From NCBI GenBank assembly GCA_041489255.1, contig JBGPQV010000021.1:1-56958 (forward strand): a stretch of DNA of 56,958 nucleotides. Reading direction: 5' to 3'. The notes beneath the pieces were generated by a model that worked only from the letters and a program-made list of their open reading frames with translations, was not told the DNA's origin and made no database searches. This document shows, one piece after another, positions 1-7,511 of this stretch. The stretch comes from Thermoplasmata archaeon. Lineage in GTDB: Archaea; Thermoplasmatota; Thermoplasmata; RBG-16-68-12; JAFNFQ01. Both the position numbers and the translations under genes were made by a program. The stretch's first letter is position 1, and each line of letters begins with the position of its first letter.

Positions 1-523
1 GATTTCTACGGACTCCCGTGCGGCAAATCTTTAGAAGTCTCGGAGGCATCACTTTCTCCCCCTGGCCATAATGACCCCCTCCGGTCTGGAAATAAATGCC
101 GACGTCCCAGATATCCGAGCCGCGGGCCAAGACATGCACCTTTGGCCCCGGGCAAGTCCGGACGGAAACCACGGACTCGGTCGCTTGGTCCGAAGATTCC
201 GGAGATCCTTAAATCGCTCTCAGGAAGCTATGTCACGATCTCGGGGAGTGCCGGAGGATCCTCCCCGGGGCCGCCCCTCGTCCTCGGGCGTGTCCTGAGC
301 TCCGAGTGAGTCACCTGGAATCATTGAAGATCCTTCCGAGGCTCGGTTCCGATGTTGAATATCGAGGGACGGGGGGAAGCCAATAGGGAGAAGCGGAAAG
401 CTTGACCTAAGAGCGAGTATGCACATGAATGTCTTACCCGATGTTCTCAGAACCGCCGCTCCATTTCCCCCATTGCCGTAGCTCTCAATTTCAATGTTCC
501 ACGCGAATTGTGCATAATCTGTT

Positions 524-3508
524 CTAGCGTGAGTTGGCCAAGCCCTCCAATTTCTCACGAATGGCCTCATGCATTAGGCCAACTAGCGCTTCTGCATCCC
601 CTGTGTTCAGGCCTAGGACCTGGAGAAGTCCCACGTCTATTTGCTTCCTCGGGCCAAACTTATGGCTGAATTGATCAAGAAAACTCGGCCATTCGACGTC
701 CTGGAATCTTTCGAAGATCTGAAGCAACCTTTCGCGCTGAGATTTGGACAGCTTCCTGGGGTCGAGCATCGGCAGCTTGTTCAACACTTTCTTGTCAAGT
801 CGTCCCCATGAACCCTCAGTGACTGTCCGCTCAGCCAGCAGGTTGATGAGATAACACGAACTGTTGGCCCATAGAGCCAGAATCTTCTCCTCATCAACCT
901 TAGTTCCGCGAAAGCCATACAGATCGCCTGCCACAAATACTGGGTCAGAGGTTACACATGCCAGGAGGCACATGCCCGGAGTCACTATATTCCCCTTATA
1001 GGATACCATGAGTCTGGAATGATCGGATGCCGTTTTCTTCTCCCAATCGCGCTTCAGCAATTTTGACTTCTCATGAGCTGCTTCACCGTAGACATGATTG
1101 AGCAGGGGCTCAATGTGGCGGCTAAATCTGCGGACGGTCATATCCACAATCTCGTCGGCATTCAGCTTGTTGACGCCTGCAAACCGTCTCAAGTACGGGA
1201 TGGTTTCTCGGACGGGAAGATTAAAGGTTTGCCCATCGCTTATATCCTCTATCTGGATTATTCCATGCTTTCGACCTACTACAACCATGCGGTCGTGTTC
1301 CTTATGTGTCCTCTCTTTGGTCGATGAGAACAGGATGGCTGCTCCACCATATGCTTTGAGGCCATGACCAGTCTCTTCAGGGGAATCCTTGAACACTCGG
1401 AAAGCCTTTCCGATAAAGGCCCGCCATCCATTACGCTTAAAAACAAGCTCTGTAGATGCAATAAACGGAACATTGAGGACTTTCTCCAGTTTCTTCATGC
1501 TGACGGAAAAAGCGTGCGACAGGCCTACCACAAGCTTTGGCAGCGTACTATTCTTGAACAGCAATTCTGATTGCTCTTCTTCCCGAACGATGAAGAGATC
1601 ATTCGGTGGCGGGACATGCCCATCCCGTAGTTGACTCGCTAAGGCCTTCATTCGGATTAGATCTTCATTGCTCCAATGATGCGGTCCACGTTTCAGGCCA
1701 ATCAGCTTGAACTTATGATTTGGATTAGGGGTCCTCTTTTCCGCAACCAGCAAGATTTCCGTGATGTGCGTGTCGTCGGAGAATGCGCAGCCGTCGATGC
1801 CTGCGACGATGTACAGGATGGAGTAGTGCTGATTGAGGAAATTCACGATCGGCTCGAAATACTTTCCTGAGAAGGTGGTGAGAGGTAATACTGCTGCCAG
1901 CCGTCCGCCCGTTTCAAGAAACATATCTGCCAAAAGGATGAATGGAATTTGCAGGCTCCAGCGTCCCTCGAGACAACGCCTGTACTTGCCGTTATCGTTG
2001 AACGATAGCTCTATCGTTCGTCTATAGGGAAGTGCCATGTTGCTGCAACTTGTGAATGGAGGATTCGTGATGACGAGGTCTACCTTGTGAAGTTGAAATG
2101 GCTTTCTGTCCTTCTCTTCGCCAAGATTCACTGTGCCCGCAGTAGCATACGCTTGAGGGGCGAGTTCGACTCGGCCTTGTTCATTGAAACCCTCGAGTTT
2201 TCTTTGCTTGAAACCCTCGCGTATTATAGTCGTGGCCACATCAACCATGTCTCCAGGTTTCTTGGTCGTACTGTCTTCAACGCCGATTCGGACTTCATTC
2301 GTGAATATCAATGGCTCTTGAAGCGCCAAATGGACTGCCGCCAAGTGCGCCACAAATGCCATTACATCAATCCCTGTCAGATCTTCTTCTACAAACCTGC
2401 GATGGATTTCAGGAATTTCATCTTGATTCTCAAGTAGGTCCTTCTTTCTTCTATAGGCTGCAACAAGCAGCGTGCCACTGCCGCATGCAGGATCAAGAAC
2501 CTGCGCATCAGTCTTGTCAACCGCTAGGCGGGCCAGAAAATCCGCCGATGCAGGCATCGTGAAAAACGCTCCCAATGGCTTTCTGAAGCTGAGAGGAATT
2601 AGTTGATGAAACACATTCCCAATAATGTCCCTATTGCTTCCTAATCCTGGGATTAGTGCTTTGATGGCATTCACAACTTTGAGGGCACCATTCTGGCCAA
2701 CTTCCCCCTCAAGGCATGTGCAAACGTCGACCCCAAAAATCGGCCTGTAATTCCTGCCGAGGACGCGATCAAAGTACTTCGACTTGATAATGCTGGGATT
2801 CGATGCGTCCGCCAATTCGATCGGGTCATAGAGCTTTGCCTCCGCGAGGATTCCGTAGAAGAGAGTTTGATTAACGAGGAGATAGCCTGCAGCCCTGCGC
2901 AATGCTCCGCTGATTTCATCTTGGTCTAACTCGTAAGCCAAAACTGAATCAAAGAAATCCTTGCCTCCGAATACCGCCTTCAAACGGTTGTCACTTACTC
3001 CGACGAGTGCGCTCGAAATCTCATTGACAGCTTGAGACAGTACTCTAATTGCTGAGACATCGGCAGGCTCAATCTCCTTAAGTGCTTCCTCCCATTTGCC
3101 CATCACGATATCCTGAATCTTGTTCGCAATTGCTTCTAGAGACTCAAGGCTCCAGCTATGCGCCATGTGATGCCTGTTCGCTAAGGTCCAGAGTATATTG
3201 CGATCCTTTGCCGTCTTGGCGTATACGACGGCGAAGACTTCTCCGAGAATTGTTGTTTCCCCTATCAAGGTTTGATACTCTTGAGCACTCGCAACCGCCT
3301 CACCCTCCTTTTCCTTCCCTTGCTTTGCGCTAATCAGATGCGTCTTGCCCCCGTACGCGAATGCACCGTCTGGTTTCCGCGGTCTGCCCTTAAGAATAGG
3401 GAAATGCCGTTCGAAATCCGCTTTGGAGAACCCAACATTATCAAGATGACCCAGCAGTCTCACGGTGAGTGTATTCTCTTTCGGATTACCCCCAGTTTGA
3501 GATTTCAT
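524..3508 (-). CDS. Type IIG-like fused restriction-modification enzyme (N6-adenine DNA methyltransferase with N-terminal PD-(D/E)xK-like region and C-terminal target-recognition region)
   Basis: Motif I VLDPACGSGTLL, motif IV NPPF, LGAFFT motif X, N-terminal RKPDG..LISAK..AQEY. Start uncertain: ATG 3508 (MKSQ) preferred, ORF is open to 3661. Confidence 0.85.
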   Translation of the reverse strand: MKSQTGGNPKENTLTVRLLGHLDNVGFSKADFERHFPILKGRPRKPDGAFAYGGKTHLISAKQGKEKEGEAVASAQEYQTLIGETTILGEVFAVVYAKTAKDRNILWTLANRHHMAHSWSLESLEAIANKIQDIVMGKWEEALKEIEPADVSAIRVLSQAVNEISSALVGVSDNRLKAVFGGKDFFDSVLAYELDQDEISGALRRAAGYLLVNQTLFYGILAEAKLYDPIELADASNPSIIKSKYFDRVLGRNYRPIFGVDVCTCLEGEVGQNGALKVVNAIKALIPGLGSNRDIIGNVFHQLIPLSFRKPLGAFFTMPASADFLARLAVDKTDAQVLDPACGSGTLLVAAYRRKKDLLENQDEIPEIHRRFVEEDLTGIDVMAFVAHLAAVHLALQEPLIFTNEVRIGVEDSTTKKPGDMVDVATTIIREGFKQRKLEGFNEQGRVELAPQAYATAGTVNLGEEKDRKPFQLHKVDLVITNPPFTSCSNMALPYRRTIELSFNDNGKYRRCLEGRWSLQIPFILLADMFLETGGRLAAVLPLTTFSGKYFEPIVNFLNQHYSILYIVAGIDGCAFSDDTHITEILLVAEKRTPNPNHKFKLIGLKRGPHHWSNEDLIRMKALASQLRDGHVPPPNDLFIVREEEQSELLFKNSTLPKLVVGLSHAFSVSMKKLEKVLNVPFIASTELVFKRNGWRAFIGKAFRVFKDSPEETGHGLKAYGGAAILFSSTKERTHKEHDRMVVVGRKHGIIQIEDISDGQTFNLPVRETIPYLRRFAGVNKLNADEIVDMTVRRFSRHIEPLLNHVYGEAAHEKSKLLKRDWEKKTASDHSRLMVSYKGNIVTPGMCLLACVTSDPVFVAGDLYGFRGTKVDEEKILALWANSSCYLINLLAERTVTEGSWGRLDKKVLNKLPMLDPRKLSKSQRERLLQIFERFQDVEWPSFLDQFSHKFGPRKQIDVGLLQVLGLNTGDAEALVGLMHEAIREKLEGLANSR

Positions 3509-3856
3509 CCCTTCGGGGATAAGAGCGACGGGCTTATCGGCTTTTCGGAAAGGTGTACGCAATGAACTCCGGACTACGTTCTGGTCAGAATCAGCGTTTT
3601 CATCGATGATCAGGTTCTTTCTCATATCAAATATCAATTGAACTATGGGCAATCCGTCCATCAGAAGATGAAACCATTCATTTGAACTGCGATTGGATGT
3701 ATCAGGCAGCCTTGTTTATACACGGTGTGATAGGCCATGTTGCCAACCCACACGCAATAAATGCGGCACTTAACTCGACCCCGGCGTTCGCGTTTGAGTT
3801 TGTGCACAGGATTATTAAGCGGAGCCGATCCGCCGTGAGTTGCGATTGCTGGATTT

Positions 3857-3930
3857 TCCAGTCATCAATATCTATTAATCCCCTCCCCTCCTACACCTTC
3901 CCCGCATGCACCCCAGTCAGCGCATCTACT
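3857..3930 (+). repeat. 74-bp imperfect direct repeat, copy 1
   Basis: tccagtcatcaatatctattaatcccctcccctcctacaccttccccgcatgcaccccagtcagcgcatctact; 68/74 identical to 7106..7179, ungapped. Confidence 0.95.
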
Positions 3931-3974
3931 TCTTCAAAATTCCCAACCCCAAAATACATTGCCGAATTGACGGC

Positions 3975-3992
3975 ATGCTCTTATAACAGCAT
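3975..3992 (+). promoter_or_regulatory. TATA-like box (CTTATAAC) flanked by a short inverted repeat ATGCT/AGCAT; putative promoter/operator of the TM-SMC operon
   Basis: ATGCT-CTTATAAC-AGCAT, about 25 nt upstream of GTG 4009 (leaderless spacing). Confidence 0.4.
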
Positions 3993-4008
3993 ACCCTTAC
4001 ACGAGACC

Positions 4009-4674
4009 GTGGCTTCGGATGGTACCGGTTTGTCTGCTTTTGGCGGGGAAGTAATCGCGCCCGCATTCTTATTCACCATTTGTCTAACCATCATGATATT
4101 CTATCCGGCCGGACTGCAAATCCTTTCGGTCGAGGGATTCTCCATGATCGTCGTCACATTCATCTCTTGCCTGGTCATTGAACGAATCAACAGCAATAGA
4201 GAGATGAGTCGAAGAATCGGAGTGTTTCTCCTAGGGAGATTCTATAGAAAGGAGGACCGCCGTTTCAGGGAGAAATTAAAATCGCGACAGAATGCTGAGA
4301 GCTTTACGGATACAGAGAGACCTCTGGCCTACATCTATGAAAAAATCATGAACGACGGCGATAGACGTCAAGTAGATAAAATGGAATTGCGAGCTAGGCG
4401 TCACTTCAATTTCATCATTGCTACCCTGCTATTGTTAGTCCTTGATGTGGCATTTATAATTCTATATCTTGGGATTGGTGTCAATCTCGTAGTTGAACGC
4501 TTTCTCTGGAATGCACTAGGCTCGCTATTGGCACTTTTCGTGCTCATGACGTCTTATTATTCGTTTGGGGATACGCTTAAGGAGTTGACCGCCATTTATC
4601 TTCAATGCGTTATGAGGGGACAGAATGATTGCGAGGGAATCAGTCGAATCGATTGCGAAGGAACAAGGAATTGA
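4009..4674 (+). CDS. Hypothetical 4-TM membrane protein (candidate defence effector)
   Basis: Four hydrophobic stretches (VIAPAFLFTICLTIMIFY; FSMIVVTFISCLVI; FNFIIATLLLLVLDVAFIILYLGI; FLWNALGSLLALFVLM) around a charged loop. Start set at GTG 4009 because the longer ORF from 3682 runs through the repeat. Overlaps the next gene by 50 bp. Confidence 0.7.
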   Translation: MASDGTGLSAFGGEVIAPAFLFTICLTIMIFYPAGLQILSVEGFSMIVVTFISCLVIERINSNREMSRRIGVFLLGRFYRKEDRRFREKLKSRQNAESFTDTERPLAYIYEKIMNDGDRRQVDKMELRARRHFNFIIATLLLLVLDVAFIILYLGIGVNLVVERFLWNALGSLLALFVLMTSYYSFGDTLKELTAIYLQCVMRGQNDCEGISRIDCEGTRN

Positions 4675-6502
4675 AGGGAGCGAATGGTGGCGGGCGTTTT
4701 CTCCGAAGTTGCATGTGCTTCTGGACAAGGCCCCCTTTTCATCCAAACCTTTCAGGATTTCTGAGTTTCGATTTCATCGATTCTCAAGCCCAGAGTATTG
4801 TGGGGTCACGAAGGCGGTAGGAGGAGGGAGCTGCCTTATCTGGGGCGAACACAGAACCGGCAAGAGTACGACCTATGATGCATTTCTTTTCGCGCTTGCA
4901 GGGAAAAAGGGCCCACTGCGAGAGGAATTCGGAAAGTACTCCTTAGAACTCGATTTATCGAATGGATCAGATAAGATTAGCATCATGCGCGAGTACCAAA
5001 AGGGACTCACGGTGAAATGTGAGGGAAATGCATATCAAGGAGACGAAGCGACTTCGATTCTCGAACAAAGGCTGGGCATACACCCTGACGATTTCCTGAT
5101 ATTGAGGGCCATGACTCTACCTCAACGAAGTGAAACAGACTCTCTTTTCCTGCGTGCGAGTCAACCTAGAGAACTGCAGCAGATAGTGCTCTCAATAGGC
5201 GCAGATAGACGCCGATCGTCCATCTTGAAGCTTCTTGAGGAGGAATTCAGGGAAGTGGAAAACGAATTGACTCGGAATACGGCGCAAACGACTGATATGA
5301 TGGCACAAAGAGAAGAAACCAAAGACAGGATAGGCTTCACGGAATATCACATCAAGGAAATGAAGGATTTCTCGTCGAAGTATGAATCAGGTGAACTGCG
5401 CGAAATCGTCAACATTGTCAACAAGCAACCCGAAGTGGAGAAGGAATTGAGGGAATTGGAGAATGCTTTCGAAGAATTATGGAAAGAAGACGCCCAGTTG
5501 AGAAAGAGAATCGGTGTTGCAGGCCTAAGATATAAAGACAAGAAGCCAGAGGAGGTTGTCCAAGACGTTCTATCAAGAATAGTGTGTCCAATCTGCGAGC
5601 ATGGGATAGATCTCACGAAGATGGAGAATCGGCTTCAAGGCCTGACTAGATGTCCTATGTGCAATGAATCGTATAGCTGGGAACTCCTCAAGAAGGCAGA
5701 GGCGAAGATTGAAGAGGCAAAAAATATCGCCAATTGGAGAAAGCGACTCGGCGAGATAACGCTCGAGAAGACAAGGATTGAAAAGCGAAAGAAGGATTTG
5801 GGGATTAAGTGTTCCCACGAAACCGTGAGACGGATTGTCAGAAACGGATGTAAGGAATCGGATTTCAAGGAGATTATCGGACGGATTGAGCGAGCTGAAA
5901 GCCTATTGGCGTCGGATTCCGATTCGGTCAAGACGCAGAGCCGCAACATAAAAGAATTGAAAGATGAACGCCGGGATTTAGACAATCGGATGATTGTGAT
6001 ACAATCCCTGAAAGATCGAACTGTGAAACCGACTGAATTGGCCGAAGTTATACGAAGTCTAATGGACAACATGAACAAGCACTACACAGCTATTACGGCC
6101 AGTTCTACGAGATTGGAATATAAGGAAGGCGAGATTTACCTCGTTGAAGATTATGGTGGATTTATATCCTCCAGAAACGCGAATGACAGATACAATGTGA
6201 GCGTTGGCGAAAGACGCGCCCTTGATGCATCCTTCCTATTATCGGTACTAGCGCTGAATCAAGAGCGCCGTTATTCCAACATTGAATTCGCCATCCTGGA
6301 TGACCCAAGCGAGGGGATTCTCGGATCTTGGAAGGGGAATCTGATTGCGCTCTTGGGAGAAGCATCAAGGAGCTTCCAATTAATATGCACAACTTACGAT
6401 GATGCCCTCAATAAAGCTGGTTTTGAAAACAAGGCTGCATTGATGAAGCAGATCAAACTTCCTCAGTTCATCGAACCTTCTCCCTCAACAGCTTCTTCTT
6501 GA
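4625..6502 (+). CDS. Rad50/SbcC/SMC-like coiled-coil ABC ATPase
   Basis: Walker A GEHRTGKST, Q-loop LPQ, long coiled coils with CPIC and CPMC at the apex, signature VSVGERR, Walker B FAILDDP. Confidence 0.9.
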   Translation: MIARESVESIAKEQGIEGSEWWRAFSPKLHVLLDKAPFSSKPFRISEFRFHRFSSPEYCGVTKAVGGGSCLIWGEHRTGKSTTYDAFLFALAGKKGPLREEFGKYSLELDLSNGSDKISIMREYQKGLTVKCEGNAYQGDEATSILEQRLGIHPDDFLILRAMTLPQRSETDSLFLRASQPRELQQIVLSIGADRRRSSILKLLEEEFREVENELTRNTAQTTDMMAQREETKDRIGFTEYHIKEMKDFSSKYESGELREIVNIVNKQPEVEKELRELENAFEELWKEDAQLRKRIGVAGLRYKDKKPEEVVQDVLSRIVCPICEHGIDLTKMENRLQGLTRCPMCNESYSWELLKKAEAKIEEAKNIANWRKRLGEITLEKTRIEKRKKDLGIKCSHETVRRIVRNGCKESDFKEIIGRIERAESLLASDSDSVKTQSRNIKELKDERRDLDNRMIVIQSLKDRTVKPTELAEVIRSLMDNMNKHYTAITASSTRLEYKEGEIYLVEDYGGFISSRNANDRYNVSVGERRALDASFLLSVLALNQERRYSNIEFAILDDPSEGILGSWKGNLIALLGEASRSFQLICTTYDDALNKAGFENKAALMKQIKLPQFIEPSPSTASS

Positions 6503-6944
6503 CGTCAACTACGCGTTCATCCTTAAGAATTTGAGAGAGTGATGATCCTTTGTGGGATGCTAATTCGTCTTCGATTTCTGCGTTAACCTCCTCATACGAC
6601 GGTTCCAAGGAGAGGCGGGCTCTGACTCCTTGAATGAATCTCCTGCCGAAGGTCGTAATGCCAAATGACCTGTTCGTCTCATCCCCCGTATCTCGGTAGA
6701 TTCCGAGCATGAAGTTAGTTTCAAGGTCGTAGGAGGCACCAGGATCTCTTGGCCCGAAGTATCCGCGCTCAAAGTCCATGGATTGCAGGACGGCATGTTT
6801 GCCCTTCAACCTTCTACTGCAGAAGAATATCATTTTCTCCAATCTCGTTACACCATCTACGTCCCCCGACTCGTTAGCAGTTCCGTCCACAACTGAGTAT
6901 ATCCATAGTATATCTTGAAACGAAACCATCGATTGGTGATTCAT
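6468..6944 (-). CDS. YwgA / SocA-Panacea-like winged-helix protein
   Basis: GVTRLEKMIF...F..GYFGP...FGITTFG resembles the GxT(R/K)LQK..F / YGP / Y.LT..G pattern of this family. Confidence 0.6.
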   Translation of the reverse strand: MNHQSMVSFQDILWIYSVVDGTANESGDVDGVTRLEKMIFFCSRRLKGKHAVLQSMDFERGYFGPRDPGASYDLETNFMLGIYRDTGDETNRSFGITTFGRRFIQGVRARLSLEPSYEEVNAEIEDELASHKGSSLSQILKDERVVDVKKKLLREKVR

Positions 6945-7105
6945 GCAATGGGTCTAAATAGGTTACGGAGCAGAAAAAAATGGACAGCCACCTGTGCAAC
7001 ACACAATTCTGAGCAAATATCGGACACTTGGTTTCAACTATAAGTCTGAAATCTAACGGGATCTCACCCCGATTGGACTGGGCGGTTGGACGAGGACAAG
7101 GACGG

Positions 7106-7179
7106 TCCAATCATCAACATCTATCAATCCCCTCCCCTCCTACACCTCCCCCGCATGCACCCGAGTCAGCGCATCCACT
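7106..7179 (+). repeat. 74-bp imperfect direct repeat, copy 2
   Basis: tccaatcatcaacatctatcaatcccctcccctcctacacctcccccgcatgcacccgagtcagcgcatccact; 6 mismatches to 3857..3930. Confidence 0.95.
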
Positions 7180-7449
7180 GCACCAAGAGCGAGAAGCTGA
7201 AGGCTCAGAACTCGCCACTTCATCGCTGACCGACAGGATGCTGTCCGTTGCGGCCAAGGACGCCTGCCCGATGGCTCTGACGATCTGGTCATCGCATCGA
7301 CGCAGCTCATCCCCCTCCTTTCCGCGATGATCCTTCTTGCAGACAGCGGTGAGGTCGAATCAGCACCGCCATCTAGGCGCGCAAGCACAATCGTGCGAAC
7401 TCGCAGATACATCGAGGGAGCCTCTATCTGTTATGCGAAATGCCCTTCG

Positions 7450-7508
7450 GAAACGTATAAATACACACGGGTTTATCGGCGGGTTACTTCACTATCTCGG
7501 AGGAGGTA
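7450..7508 (+). promoter_or_regulatory. BRE/TATA promoter and Shine-Dalgarno of the surface protein gene
   Basis: gaaacgTATAAATA at about 7450-7463; GGAGGAGGT just upstream of TTG 7512. Confidence 0.55.
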
Positions 7509-7511
7509 GAC

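Noticed and set aside
1-523. Short ORFs (71-298, 220-570) and GC-rich palindromic patches such as GGAGGATCCTCC
   Set aside because: No recognisable protein motif or consistent RNA fold; the context is cut by the window edge.
3682-4008. N-terminal 109 codons of the 330-aa ORF
   Set aside because: Runs through the direct repeat and promoter-like sequence and has non-protein-like composition; the real start is more likely GTG 4009.
4625-6502. Housekeeping Rad50 or Smc
   Set aside because: Too short, no adjacent mre11/herA/nurA or scpAB, no hinge domain, and located in an atypical-composition island.
3857-7179. CRISPR array or IS element
   Set aside because: Only two repeat copies 3.2 kb apart; no spacers, terminal inverted repeats, transposase or cas genes.
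7140-7412. 90-aa ORF or transposase remnant between the repeat and the surface protein gene
   Set aside because: No convincing motif in any frame; mentioned only as context for the repeat.
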